Assembly (NCBI RefSeq): GCF_000771875.1 | Contig: NZ_JPXX01000025.1 | Location: 31,633-55,632 of the forward strand | Source: Gallibacterium genomosp. 1 | Lineage (GTDB): Bacteria; Pseudomonadota; Gammaproteobacteria; Enterobacterales; Pasteurellaceae | Length of the DNA: 24,000 bases | Direction of reading: 5' to 3' | Part shown: positions 10,301-21,523 of the stretch, one piece after another | Layout: every line of letters begins with the position of its first letter | How positions within the stretch are numbered: the stretch's first letter is position 1 | The notes under the pieces: generated by a model | Databases searched by the model: none | Seen by the model: only the letters and a program-made list of their open reading frames with translations | Told to the model about the DNA's origin: nothing | Program-made: the position numbers and the translations under genes

Positions 10301-11755
10301 TTATTCCTCTGAATTTTGTAAAAATAATGATAATTGTTGAGACAAAAAATGTCGGGAAACTTTAATACCTACAGCCGATGGCATAACTCTTTCAAATGGA
10401 TAATAGGCGATAGGTTGCTTAAATTTTTCTAATTTTTTTCGCAAAATAGCTTGAACTCCATTCACTTTATCAAAACTAAAGCCTCCCACAAAATCAATAA
10501 CAGCAACCGGACGCTGCCCATATGTTTGATCTTCAACCGGCAAAACAACAACCTGTTTTACATCAGGTTGTTGCAAAATAAAAGACTCAATCTCTTCAGG
10601 TTGGATATTTTCTCCACCTGAGATAAACATATTATCAATCCGTCCCTGAATAAATAATTCTTGCGTATTTTTTCCCAGATAACCTTTATCTCGCGTTGCA
10701 AACCAACCCTCTTTATTTAGTAATGTTTTTATCTCACCATTTTTTTGCCAATAACCTAACGCCAGTGTTTTACCTCTCACCCAAATTTCCCCTTCAACCA
10801 ATTGATACTCTCGCAACGGTAAAAGATAACCGACACCAGCACTGGAATCACTTTTTTTCGCAAATACAGTCGATGCAGCTTCCGTCATTCCATAACCAGA
10901 ATAACAGTGAATACCAGCGTTGATTGCTTGTTGAGTCAACGCCACCGGAATATGCGTCCCACCCAACAAAATATGAGTTAAACGAAAGGATGAAATTTTA
11001 TCGTCCTGTAGAAACTGAAGAAACTGCTGTAATTGTGTCGGTACCAAAGAGCTGTGAGTAACCTGTAATAAATCTTGGTAGATATTGTCACCGACACAAC
11101 GTAAACAACAACCGTTCTGTAACCAACGCCAAATTACGCCTTGTCCGGAAACGTGAAACAATGGCAATGACAGCAGCCATTCACTGCTCGCATCAATCTG
11201 TAATAACGGTGAAATACCTTCAGCACTGGATAAATGATGAGATATTGTATGAACTACAGCTTTCGGCAGCCCAGTTGAACCGGAAGTTAAAGTAAAAGTC
11301 AATGGGCATTTTGTCGCCAACCTTTGTTGAATTACATCATCCGCTAAACCAAAATCAAGCTGTTGTAACTTACCTACTTCCAAGCTATTTACATTTAGTT
11401 GCGTGCAATCTAGCAAATAATCCATATTGCACTGTTCACAAATTTGTATAATTTTTTCTGCCGGAAGCATCGGATTAATCACTAACACGCGACATCTCAT
11501 ACGTAATGCAACTAAATAGGCAATCACTAATTCAGGTTGATAGCGTCCAATTAATGCAACACCTTTACCTAAACTGATACCTTGTGTTTGCCAATTCTCC
11601 GCCCATTGCTCAATCAATTGATATAAATCACGCCACGTCAAATAATGTTCAACAATAGAAAAGCGGGTTTTATTCCCGCTTTTAATTTGCTGTTTTAATT
11701 TAAATTTTAATGCAATTTCTGCTGGTTTTAGCTCGGCATATTGTTGCCATAACAT
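10301..11755 (-). CDS. menE: O-succinylbenzoate--CoA ligase (AMP-dependent synthetase family)
   Basis: AMP-binding motif TLTSGSTGLPKAV. The blocks LSLPLFHVSGQG, SLVPTQL, GYGMTE and GRIDNMFISGGENIQPEEIE are colinear with E. coli MenE. The ORF-track start at 11758 is a TTG. I prefer the adjacent ATG at 11755, which shares one nucleotide with the seqA TGA (TGATG). Confidence 0.85.
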   Translation of the reverse strand: MLWQQYAELKPAEIALKFKLKQQIKSGNKTRFSIVEHYLTWRDLYQLIEQWAENWQTQGISLGKGVALIGRYQPELVIAYLVALRMRCRVLVINPMLPAEKIIQICEQCNMDYLLDCTQLNVNSLEVGKLQQLDFGLADDVIQQRLATKCPLTFTLTSGSTGLPKAVVHTISHHLSSAEGISPLLQIDASSEWLLSLPLFHVSGQGVIWRWLQNGCCLRCVGDNIYQDLLQVTHSSLVPTQLQQFLQFLQDDKISSFRLTHILLGGTHIPVALTQQAINAGIHCYSGYGMTEAASTVFAKKSDSSAGVGYLLPLREYQLVEGEIWVRGKTLALGYWQKNGEIKTLLNKEGWFATRDKGYLGKNTQELFIQGRIDNMFISGGENIQPEEIESFILQQPDVKQVVVLPVEDQTYGQRPVAVIDFVGGFSFDKVNGVQAILRKKLEKFKQPIAYYPFERVMPSAVGIKVSRHFLSQQLSLFLQNSEE

Positions 11756-12408
11756 CAAATTGTTTCCTCTTCAATATGTGGCGATGTAAACTGAAATGCC
11801 ACTAATTGTACTAAATGCTCAGGCACATACATTGCTCGCATAACAGACTCTAACATATTTAATTTTCTAGCTGTATTATTATTTGTTGCCACCCAAAACG
11901 GTGATTTCGGAATTTGTTTAGGGTTAACGCTACTACCGGAAGCTTCGATCTCAGCTACTTCCAAAGAAAAATAAACTCTTGAACGACCTTGGCTCACTTC
12001 TGTTGCACTCGAAAAGCCTTCCGGATTAGCACGGTAAAGCATACTTAAAATCATTAAAAAACGATTAACCTGTTTATCTTCGTGCAGAAATTCTGCGGAA
12101 CTGATGAGTTTTTGAATTTGTCGATTCGTATGCTCAATTACCTCTTTGCTCGGCTGTTTCGGTAATACAGGCGTTTGTTCAGAAGTCGTCAGACTGAATT
12201 CTCTCTCCGCAGTGGCTTCGCCTTCCGAACGGCTATTATTACTCTGATTACCCATCTCCACAACATTCGATGAAATATGCTCTTTTTTTGTTTGAACTTG
12301 AGGAAAATTTAATAATCTACGTAAAATTGTTGAGGCATCTTCACCGATTGCTTGCGTGTTACTGGCAATATATTGGTAAAGTTCGTCATCAATACTAATT
12401 GTTTTCAT
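11755..12408 (-). CDS. seqA: Replication sequestration protein SeqA
   Basis: MKTISIDDELYQYIASNTQAIGEDASTILRRLL matches the SeqA N-terminal oligomerisation domain, and a C-terminal hemimethylated-GATC-binding domain is present. The gene is divergent from ybfF, as in E. coli. The ORF-track start (12420) is a TTG. The ATG at 12408 has GGAG 6 nt upstream and matches the E. coli N-terminus. Confidence 0.9.
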   Translation of the reverse strand: MKTISIDDELYQYIASNTQAIGEDASTILRRLLNFPQVQTKKEHISSNVVEMGNQSNNSRSEGEATAEREFSLTTSEQTPVLPKQPSKEVIEHTNRQIQKLISSAEFLHEDKQVNRFLMILSMLYRANPEGFSSATEVSQGRSRVYFSLEVAEIEASGSSVNPKQIPKSPFWVATNNNTARKLNMLESVMRAMYVPEHLVQLVAFQFTSPHIEEETI

Positions 12409-12583
12409 CATTTGCTCCAAGTTCTGCTAAATGACCATTATTATACGTCATAACAAGACAAAGCCGAAAATAAAATCCGCATTATGTTTAATTTATCAAC
12501 CATTTTTTCATAACTGATTAAAACTTGATCCTTATTAAGAAATATTTTATCTTCAACCATCATTTCCTTAGATAAAATTTATT

Positions 12584-13372
12584 ATGATCACTCCATTACT
12601 TAATTTCGATTATCAACCCTCTGCAAATGCTCAAGCAGATACTCTTGTTTTTATTCACGGACTTTTTGGTGATATGAACAATTTGGGCATCATTGCTAAA
12701 GCTTTTGATCAACAATATTCTTTATTAAGAATCGATTTACGTAACCACGGCAGAAGCTTTCATCACGATGAGATGAATTATCCATTAATGGCTGATGATT
12801 TATTACGAGCTCTGCAACATCTTGGCCTGAAGAAAGTCATTATTATCGGACATTCAATGGGGGGCAAAACCGCTATGCAATTTGCATTGACTTACCCTGA
12901 ATATGTAAAAAGTTTAATTGTACTCGATATTGCACCGGTTACTTATACCCATAACGAACACAGCACTATCTTCCAAGCATTGTTTGCTGTTGCTGAAGCT
13001 CAATCGGAAACACGCCAACAAGCAAAAGTTATTATGGAACAGTATATTGAAAACTCGGCAATTTTACAGTTTGTCTTAAAATCATTTGATGCAAAACAGC
13101 CTCAAAGATTCCGTTTTAATACCAACGTGTTGTTTAAACGTTATCAACAACTTATGGATTGGTCTGAAAACGATAATGTATGCACGTTGCCTACGCTATT
13201 TATTCGTGGTGGAAATTCCAATTATGTATTACCTCAATACAGAGATAAAATTATGCAGCTTTTTCCTAATGCTAATGCATTTACTATTAATGGTGCTGCA
13301 CATTGGGTACACGCCGATAAACCACAATATGTGATTCGAGCAATTGAAAGACATCTACAACAAAAGTCATAA
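12584..13372 (+). CDS. ybfF: Alpha/beta-hydrolase esterase YbfF (acyl-CoA esterase family)
   Basis: 262 aa with the nucleophile elbow GHSMGG, HGLFG near the N-terminus and C-terminal GAAHWVHADKP. It is colinear with E. coli YbfF and shares its genomic context (seqA / ybfF-ybfE-fldA-fur). Confidence 0.85.
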   Translation: MITPLLNFDYQPSANAQADTLVFIHGLFGDMNNLGIIAKAFDQQYSLLRIDLRNHGRSFHHDEMNYPLMADDLLRALQHLGLKKVIIIGHSMGGKTAMQFALTYPEYVKSLIVLDIAPVTYTHNEHSTIFQALFAVAEAQSETRQQAKVIMEQYIENSAILQFVLKSFDAKQPQRFRFNTNVLFKRYQQLMDWSENDNVCTLPTLFIRGGNSNYVLPQYRDKIMQLFPNANAFTINGAAHWVHADKPQYVIRAIERHLQQKS

Positions 13373-13483
13373 ATTTAAATGGCGTGATATTTTCAGTTTG
13401 CTGGAAACTGTGATATATTGCACGCCACAAAACAGCTTATCAATCTCAAGTAGTCTGAAAGATGGTTTTCAGTGAGTATAATA

Positions 13484-13765
13484 ATGGCAAAACAAGAAGC
13501 AGATTGCATAACATTAGACTTATTTGCTCACGTTGCTAAAGTCGGAAGACCTCGCACAAATCCGCTTAGTCGCGAACAACAAATCCGCATTAATAAACGA
13601 AATCAGTTACGTCGCGATAAAGCTGTGGGTCTAAAACGAGTTGAACTAAAATTACACACAACAATGGTAAATCAACTTGAACAATTAGCAGAAACGGCAA
13701 ATATGAGTCGTCAACAATTGATCGAACAAATATTACAAACATATTTAGACAAAAATAGGAATTAA
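13484..13765 (+). CDS. ybfE: YbfE family protein (LexA-regulated protein in E. coli; ribbon-helix-helix-like)
   Basis: MAKQEADCITLDLFAH...GRPRTNPLSREQQIRINKRNQLRRDK..GLKRVELKL parallels E. coli YbfE. I set the start at ATG 13484, because the ORF-track start at 13472 is a GTG that adds 4 aa absent from YbfE. The gene lies immediately upstream of fldA. Confidence 0.8.
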   Translation: MAKQEADCITLDLFAHVAKVGRPRTNPLSREQQIRINKRNQLRRDKAVGLKRVELKLHTTMVNQLEQLAETANMSRQQLIEQILQTYLDKNRN

Positions 13766-13766
13766 T

Positions 13767-14291
13767 ATGGCACTTATTGGTTTATTTTATGGTAGCGATA
13801 CTGGTAATACAGAAAATATTGCCAAAATGATCCAAAAACAGTTAGGTAGCGAACTCGTTGATATTCACGATATAGCCAAAAGCACAAAAGAAGATATTGA
13901 AGCTTACGATTTTATTATGATCGGAATCCCGACGTGGTATTACGGTGAAGCGCAGTGTGACTGGGATGACTTCTTTCCAACCTTGGAAGAAATAGATTTT
14001 ACAGATAAATTAGTTGCTATTTTCGGTTGCGGTGATCAGGAAGATTATGCTGATTATTTCTGTGATGCAATGGGAACAGTCCGTGATATTATCGAACCTC
14101 ACGGTGCGACAATTGTCGGTTATTGGCCTACGGAAGGTTATCACTTTGAATCATCAAAAGCACTGATCGATGAAAAAACTTTTGTCGGATTATGTATTGA
14201 TGAAGATCGCCAACCGGAATTAAGCAATGAACGCGTTGAAAAATGGTGTAAACAACTTTATAGCGAAATGTGTTTAGATCAACTTGCTTAA
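13767..14291 (+). CDS. fldA: Flavodoxin FldA (long-chain)
   Basis: 174 aa with the FMN-binding N-terminus IGLFYGSDTGNTE. It has the SD AGGA and starts 1 nt after the ybfE TAA. The conserved ybfE-fldA-fur order is present. Confidence 0.95.
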   Translation: MALIGLFYGSDTGNTENIAKMIQKQLGSELVDIHDIAKSTKEDIEAYDFIMIGIPTWYYGEAQCDWDDFFPTLEEIDFTDKLVAIFGCGDQEDYADYFCDAMGTVRDIIEPHGATIVGYWPTEGYHFESSKALIDEKTFVGLCIDEDRQPELSNERVEKWCKQLYSEMCLDQLA

Positions 14292-14321
14292 CCCCTTTAA
14301 TTATCATTTGCATTCAAAAAC

Positions 14322-14363
14322 GAAATAATCCATACTTCTGAAATGGATTATTTCTATCTTCTT
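14322..14363 (+). terminator. Probable intrinsic terminator after fldA
   Basis: A perfect 12-bp inverted repeat GAAATAATCCAT (14322..14333) / ATGGATTATTTC (14343..14354) with a 9-nt loop, followed by the T-rich TATCTTCTT. The stem is AT-rich, so its strength is uncertain. Confidence 0.55.
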
Positions 14364-14447
14364 AATAGAAATTTTCAGTTATCCATTTATCATTCATAAA
14401 GTTAAGATATACAAAAATTTATGACATTGATTTAATTAGAGGCGAGT

Positions 14448-14903
14448 ATGACAACAAATATTGTAGACGAAAACATTAAGTTATTAAAAAAAGTGGGATT
14501 AAAAATTACTGAACCACGTTTAAAAATCCTCTCATTAATGCAACGTACTCCGGTACAACATTTCTCAGCTGAAGATGTTTATAAATGGTTGCTTGAAGAA
14601 GATGAAGAAATTGGATTAGCAACCGTATACCGCGTTTTAAATCAATTCGACGAAGCCAACATTCTTATTCGCCATAATTTTGAAGGAAATAAATCTGTAT
14701 TTGAGCTTGCTCCGCAGGAACACCACGATCATATTATTTGTATGGATTGTGGCAAAGTGTTTGAATTTAATGATGATCTTATTGAGAGAAGACAAAAAGA
14801 GATCAGTGAGCAGAACGGAATAAAATTACTTTCACACAGTCTATATCTCTATGGTAAATGTGCCGACATTAAAAATTGTGAAGAAAAAAATCAAAATAAA
14901 TAA
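14448..14903 (+). CDS. fur: Ferric uptake regulator Fur
   Basis: 151 aa with a winged-helix N-terminus (LKKVGLKITEPRLKIL), the metal sites HHDHIICMDCGKV and a C-terminal Cys pair. The SD GAGG lies 7 nt upstream of the ATG. Confidence 0.97.
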   Translation: MTTNIVDENIKLLKKVGLKITEPRLKILSLMQRTPVQHFSAEDVYKWLLEEDEEIGLATVYRVLNQFDEANILIRHNFEGNKSVFELAPQEHHDHIICMDCGKVFEFNDDLIERRQKEISEQNGIKLLSHSLYLYGKCADIKNCEEKNQNK

Positions 14904-14914
14904 TTAGTATAAAT

Positions 14915-14955
14915 AAATGGTTGCTGTTTATTTTTTAACTTACCAGCAACCATTT
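14915..14955. terminator. Probable bidirectional terminator between convergent fur and mog
   Basis: A perfect 12-bp inverted repeat AAATGGTTGCTG (14915..14926) / CAGCAACCATTT (14944..14955), with T-rich sequence (TCATTTTCG) following on the plus strand. The 17-nt loop is longer than in typical terminators. Confidence 0.5.
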
Positions 14956-14974
14956 TCATTTTCGACTTTTTGCT

Positions 14975-15544
14975 CTACTTTTTCTTTGGTCTAAAACTAT
15001 CAACAATTGTTTTATGAGTATCAATATAAATACCACTTAATAACTCCAAACAATAAGGTACAGCAGCAAAAATACCTTTCACAATCACTTTACCGTTTTC
15101 GTCTTTCAATCCTTCCAACGTTTCTTTAATTGCTTTCGGCTGCCCTGGCAGGTTAAGAATTAAACTTTCTTTACGGATCACCCCCACTTGACGCGAAAGA
15201 ATAGCGGTTGGCACAAATTGCAAACTAATCTGTCGCATTTGTTCTCCAAAACCCGGCATTTCTCGATCAGCCACTGCTAATGTTGCATCAGGCGTTACAT
15301 CTCGCTTTGCTGGCCCTGTTCCACCAGTAGTCAACACTAAATGACAACCACACTCATCCACCAACTCTTTTAATGTTTGTTCAATTAACGACTGTTCATC
15401 AGGAATCAAACGTTTTTCTACCGTAAAAGGCGCTATTAATGCCTGCTCTAGCCACTGTTGCAAAGAAGGCAATCCTTTATCTTCATAAATACCTTGCGAG
15501 GCACGATCTGAAATAGAAACTAATCCAACTTTAAACTGAGTCAT
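14975..15544 (-). CDS. mog: Molybdopterin adenylyltransferase Mog
   Basis: 189 aa. IGLVSISDRAS...HLVLTTGGTGPAKRDVTPDATLAVADREMPGFGEQMRQISL is nearly colinear with E. coli Mog. Confidence 0.95.
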   Translation of the reverse strand: MTQFKVGLVSISDRASQGIYEDKGLPSLQQWLEQALIAPFTVEKRLIPDEQSLIEQTLKELVDECGCHLVLTTGGTGPAKRDVTPDATLAVADREMPGFGEQMRQISLQFVPTAILSRQVGVIRKESLILNLPGQPKAIKETLEGLKDENGKVIVKGIFAAVPYCLELLSGIYIDTHKTIVDSFRPKKK

Positions 15545-15547
15545 TAT

Positions 15548-16017
15548 TTATCCTTTTATTGAAAACCACTTATCACCGAAAAAGAATAGCAATAATCCTC
15601 CCATTACCACCAACATACCTACCATTTTCCAGACAGTAACCTCTCGCACCGGCATATAAATTAAGCCAAAATGATCAATAATCATCGCCGCAATCAGCTG
15701 CCCAATAATGATAAAAAATAGCATATTGGTAATGCCTACTTTCGGAGCAAGAAAAATCGTAGTAAACACCACTAACGCACCTAATGGCCCGCCAATAAAT
15801 TTCCAAAACGGTTGCCCAGCAAGATTTTGCAAGCCTTCCCATAAATTTGTCTTAAGCAAACATACCACCAACAACGCTAATGCTCCTGTAGCAAAAGAAA
15901 TTAATGCCGCAATTAACGGCTGACCGGCAACCACTTTACTGAGCTGACTATTAATTGCCGCCTGAGAAGCAAGCCCAACACCAGCAACTAAAGCAAATAC
16001 AACATAAATTATTCCCA

Positions 16018-16018
<1 letters not shown>
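15548..16018 (-). CDS. DMT-superfamily small membrane protein, DUF606 / YdcZ-like
   Basis: 156 aa with about 5 predicted TM helices. The N-terminal G..ASQAAINSQL and central IIGQL....IDHFG motifs are typical of DUF606/YdcZ proteins. The GTG start at 16018 overlaps the glnB TAG by 1 nt (TAGTG). Confidence 0.7.
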
Positions 16019-17541
<1,523 letters not shown>

Positions 17542-17542
<1 letters not shown>

Positions 17543-18573
17543 CAACCTTTTACCTCTAACCATTTTTGTTGTAATGAGGATAAAAAATGGTGTGCTTTAA
17601 GCCAACGTTCACTTGCTTGTAACTGAGATAAAGAAAACGTTTTTTTCTTAGTTAATTGTAAATAAGCTGTTTTTTCTTGTTCTGTTGGCTGATATGACAA
17701 TTGATCCAGCACTTCAATCACCCCAGCACGCTCATTACATAATAGTAAAATATCACAGCCTGCCTCTAAAGCCTGTTGGCTACGCTCTACAAAACCGCCC
17801 ATTACACCAGCACCTTTCATTCCTAAATCATCAGAAAAAATAATACCATTAAAACCAAGCTGTTGCCTTAGTACCTTTTTTAACCAGAAACTTGAGCCAC
17901 TCGCCGGACGTGCATCAGCCTTCGTATAAATCACATGTGCTGGCATAATTGCATTCAGTTTCTGTCTTTCAATTAATTGTTGAAACGGTTGCAAATCTTG
18001 TTGTTGAATCTGAGCAAAAGAGCGTTCATCCCTTGGTGTTTCCAGATGCGAATCGGCAATAACGTGTCCGTGACCAGGAAAATGTTTTCCTGTTGTTGCC
18101 ATTCCAGCCTGTAGCATACCATCACAAAAGGATTCCGCTAACGGCAATAACTGATGCCAATCTTGATGGAAACTGCGATCACCAATTGCTTTACATTGAT
18201 GTCCAACATCCAAAACCGGTGCAAAACTTAAATCAATATCCATTGCGATCATTTCGGATGCCATCAACCACGCACTTTCCTGTATCCAATATTGTTGTTC
18301 ATCGTTCGGTAATAATGCACTAAATGCCTGCATTGCTGGTAATTGCGTAAACCCCTTACGAAAACGTTGCACTCTGCCTCCTTCCTGATCAACCGTAATC
18401 AGAAGAGGACGTTTTACTTTTTGTCGAACTGTTTTAATTAAATGCAACAACTGCTGAATATCTTCAAAGTTACGCGAAAACAGAATAATGCCAGCAATTA
18501 GCGGATGATTAAGAATTTCAATCTCTTCCGCATCTACTGATTTACCTTGTAAATCAATGATTAATTTAGACAT
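17542..18573 (-). CDS. nagZ: Beta-N-acetylhexosaminidase NagZ (GH3, peptidoglycan recycling)
   Basis: 343 aa with GH3 motifs [17 protein letters not shown] and [11 protein letters not shown]. It sits in the thiK-nagZ context, as in E. coli. Confidence 0.95.
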
Positions 18574-18580
18574 AACACCC

Positions 18581-19282
18581 TCAATTCAATTGTTGATGAC
18601 AAATAAGCCACAGTGAGATCAAATAATCTGCCCATTGCAAACAAGCCTTTTTTTGTGCTTGCCACTGCTGAAATGAGACCAATGGATGATTGATAAAATA
18701 ATGTTTTAAAAAATAATTTTCTTGCCTTGTAGTTAAACGATTAGCTTGCAAAAATAACGCCAGCTCCCAAAACGGATGAGCAGAACCGGCATACTCCCAA
18801 TCAATAAAAGCTAACTTTTGACCGTTTCTTACAATATTACCGAGATGTAAATCAAAATGGCACAATGTTTTCACCCCTGTTAAGTCTGATCGTATTGATG
18901 GAGCAATTAAATTCGGTGCATATTTAGCTAACTCTGTACAACGTTCAATAACATTAATTTCACCCAACGCTGCAAAAACCGTTTGCTGTTGTAACTGTTT
19001 TAATGCCACTGCGACCTTTTTTAACAAAGGCTTCGTCCATTTTTTTGCCGTTTTCCCCCAAATATAGTTCACAACCAGTTGATATGAATGTTGTTCTATG
19101 ATTGTGGGGGAAATAATTGCCTTATTATCAACAGAAGCCAAATAGTTTAAAACGGCAGCCTCTCGTTCACGATCTACACCAAGCAGCAACAATTCAGGAG
19201 TTTGATAACGAGCGACATAACGAATCCCATCAATGATGACAATTTCACTGCCTTGTGTCATTCCCTGTGTTTGTAAATTCAT
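18581..19282 (-). CDS. thiK: Thiamine kinase-like protein (APH/choline-kinase fold)
   Basis: 233 aa with the Brenner-type catalytic motif [10 protein letters not shown] and IDWEYAG, similar to E. coli ThiK (HMDVHAGNLV / IDWEYAG). It lies between ycfL and nagZ, as E. coli thiK does. Substrate specificity is inferred only. Confidence 0.62.
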   Translation of the reverse strand: MNLQTQGMTQGSEIVIIDGIRYVARYQTPELLLLGVDREREAAVLNYLASVDNKAIISPTIIEQHSYQLVVNYIWGKTAKKWTKPLLKKVAVALKQLQQQTVFAALGEINVIERCTELAKYAPNLIAPSIRSDLTGVKTLCHFDLHLGNIVRNGQKLAFIDWEYAGSAHPFWELALFLQANRLTTRQENYFLKHYFINHPLVSFQQWQAQKKACLQWADYLISLWLICHQQLN

Positions 19283-19291
19283 TTTTCTTAT

Positions 19292-19651
19292 CTAATTGGC
19301 TTTAAAATAGACACGGTAATTCACACTGTTTTCATTCGGCTTTTGTAACTGGATCGTTTTTTGTTGTTGTGCGGCTAAAGTTAACACATTCCACCGCTCT
19401 TCCTGCTGCCAGTTAGCACGCTGAGTAACACCATTTTTGTCATACCAAGTCAGCAAGAAAGCAGCTTTAATTAACTCATCAGCTCTATTTTTTATCTCGA
19501 GCTGTGATGAATTTGCTGACACCTGCAATGAAGGTGTCAACACAGCTTCAATATTAATCACCGGTTGATTGCTACGCAACGGTGACTTCATCTGTGAAGA
19601 ACAAGCATTTAATCCCAGCAATACACTCAACATTAAAAAAAGTGTTCTCAT
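19292..19651 (-). CDS. ycfL: YcfL family lipoprotein (DUF1425)
   Basis: 119 aa with a lipoprotein signal peptide and lipobox (LLGLNA-C). Its size and its position upstream of thiK-nagZ match E. coli ycfL. Confidence 0.7.
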   Translation of the reverse strand: MRTLFLMLSVLLGLNACSSQMKSPLRSNQPVINIEAVLTPSLQVSANSSQLEIKNRADELIKAAFLLTWYDKNGVTQRANWQQEERWNVLTLAAQQQKTIQLQKPNENSVNYRVYFKAN

Positions 19652-19665
19652 TTTGCCTCCATCTA

Positions 19666-20643
19666 TTATGCATTTTTTATTGAAAAAGAGATGACATCTT
19701 CAATATTGTTTGTCGATAACGCAATCATTAATAAGCGATCTACCCCCAATGCTACACCGGAACAAGATGGCATTCCAGATTTCAATGCTGCCAGAAAACG
19801 GCTATCCATTTGTTGCGGTGGCAAATGCAATTTTTCACGCAACAGATTATCTTGTTCAAAACGGTGCATTTGTTCGTTTGCATCTGTCAATTCGTGAAAA
19901 CCATTCGCTAACTCCAAACCTTTATAATAGAACTCAAAACGCTCCGCTACACGATGATCTTCCGAACTGATTTGTGCCAATGCCGCCTGTGCTGAAGGGA
20001 AATGATAAACCGCAATAGGGCGTTCCTGTCCAATATTTTTTTCGACTACTTCACTGAATAAATATTGCAGCAACGTATCTCTTCCTTCCATATCTGCGTT
20101 GATCAATCCTTGTGCTTTTGCCTTTTCTACTAACTCTGCTTTGGTAGCAGATAACGGATCAATACCAACATATTCCTGAAATACAAACTGATAGCTCAAA
20201 GATTCCGCAGGTGGGCAATCTAAAATTTGTTGCAACAAATCATCCACTTCATTGATTAAACGATACATATCAAAAAAAGGACGATACCACTCTAGCATAG
20301 TAAATTCTGGATTATGGCGTTTTCCCGCCTCTTCATTCCTAAACACTTTGCAGATTTGGAAAATCGGACCGCTCCCCTCTGCTAATAAACGTTTCATATG
20401 GTATTCAGGACTGGTAATTAAATGCAGCGTTTTTTTCTGATCAAAAGGCGGTGTAAATTCTGTTTGGAAGGTAGAAAGATGAACATCCGTCACCGAAAAC
20501 TCGCTTAAAATAGGGGTTTCAACTTCCAATAAACCACGATCAACAAAAAATTGTCGAATATCAGCAATAATTTTGGCTCGTTTTAACAGGTTCTGAATGG
20601 ATGAAGTGGATTTCCAATTTAATGATTGCTCAATATCTGACAT
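19666..20643 (-). CDS. epmA: Elongation factor P--(R)-beta-lysine ligase EpmA (PoxA/GenX)
   Basis: 325 aa with a class II LysRS-like catalytic core and no anticodon-binding domain. Motifs include [17 protein letters not shown] and [11 protein letters not shown]. Confidence 0.93.
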   Translation of the reverse strand: MSDIEQSLNWKSTSSIQNLLKRAKIIADIRQFFVDRGLLEVETPILSEFSVTDVHLSTFQTEFTPPFDQKKTLHLITSPEYHMKRLLAEGSGPIFQICKVFRNEEAGKRHNPEFTMLEWYRPFFDMYRLINEVDDLLQQILDCPPAESLSYQFVFQEYVGIDPLSATKAELVEKAKAQGLINADMEGRDTLLQYLFSEVVEKNIGQERPIAVYHFPSAQAALAQISSEDHRVAERFEFYYKGLELANGFHELTDANEQMHRFEQDNLLREKLHLPPQQMDSRFLAALKSGMPSCSGVALGVDRLLMIALSTNNIEDVISFSIKNA

Positions 20644-20718
20644 AGTAATTCCTTAATCAATAGAAAATCCGTTTATTGTAATGACTTCAGCTATAAATAA
20701 CAATTTAGCTCATAATAC

Positions 20719-21519
20719 TTAACTATGCTTTTCCGACAACAGCAACTGTACGCTGCTTTGCCAAAGCTGTTCTGCAATATTCTCCTGATTTTCTGATCTT
20801 AATTGGCATAATTCTGCAAAAATAAGCGGCAAACGTGCCGGATGATTCGGCTGCCCTTGCCAGCCCATTATTGGCATATCCGGGCTATCCGTTTCAAGCA
20901 CCAAAGCGGATAACGGCAAACGGGCAATTGCCTGTCGAGTTTTATTCGCACGTGGATAAGTAATAGTACCGCCGACACCAATTTTATAGCCGAGATCAAC
21001 ACATCGTTTCGCCTGTTCATAGCTGCCGGAAAAACCGTGAACAATACCGGCTTTCGGCAATTGATGTCGCTTTAAAAAGGTATAGAGCTGATCGTGTGCG
21101 CGGCGAGAATGTAGATTCACCGGCAAATGGTAACGGTTTGCCAAACTTAATTGTGCATCAAAAAATTCGCACTGTTTCTGCCACATTTGCTCCGTGATAA
21201 TGTCTGCCGGATAACGATCCAAGCCAATTTCCGCCACCGCAATACATTGGTTATTTTGCTGTGCCAAATGTTGTTCCAGATAATCCAAATCTTGACGCTG
21301 ATGGGTAGCAATAAAAAGAGGGTGCAATCCCACACCATAGTAGAGATTCGGTTGCCCACTGAGCCAAGTCGGCAAAAAATCAATACTTTGTCGATTAATG
21401 CCGACAACCAACATTTTCTCAACTTGTTGCGCATTTGCTTCTGCCACCAGTTGCGATAATGATTGATTCAGATCTTGTGCCAAATAATCTAAATGGGTGT
21501 GGGTATCAAAAAACGGCAT
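20719..21519 (-). CDS. yjjV: TatD-family metal-dependent hydrolase, YjjV-like
   Basis: 266 aa with the N-terminal FDTHTHLD motif. The block VHGFSGSYEQAKRCVDLGYKIGVGGTITYPRANKTR and LETDSPDM are closely colinear with E. coli YjjV from recall. Confidence 0.85.
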   Translation of the reverse strand: MPFFDTHTHLDYLAQDLNQSLSQLVAEANAQQVEKMLVVGINRQSIDFLPTWLSGQPNLYYGVGLHPLFIATHQRQDLDYLEQHLAQQNNQCIAVAEIGLDRYPADIITEQMWQKQCEFFDAQLSLANRYHLPVNLHSRRAHDQLYTFLKRHQLPKAGIVHGFSGSYEQAKRCVDLGYKIGVGGTITYPRANKTRQAIARLPLSALVLETDSPDMPIMGWQGQPNHPARLPLIFAELCQLRSENQENIAEQLWQSSVQLLLSEKHS

Positions 21520-21523
21520 AATA

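Noticed and set aside
14293-14311. Fur-box-like sequence CCCTTTAATTATCATTTGC just after fldA, and a second ATCATT-containing stretch nearer fur (about 14380..14400).
   Set aside because: By hand they match the 19-bp Fur consensus GATAATGATAATCATTATC at only about 10/19 and about 7/19 positions. In AT-rich DNA this is not distinguishable from background without a matrix scan.
14421-14435. Four-codon mini-ORF (ATG ACA TTG ATT TAA) ending 12 nt upstream of the fur ATG, considered as a possible analogue of the E. coli uof leader ORF.
   Set aside because: It is far shorter than uof, has no SD of its own, and does not overlap the fur start as uof does. It is most likely fortuitous.
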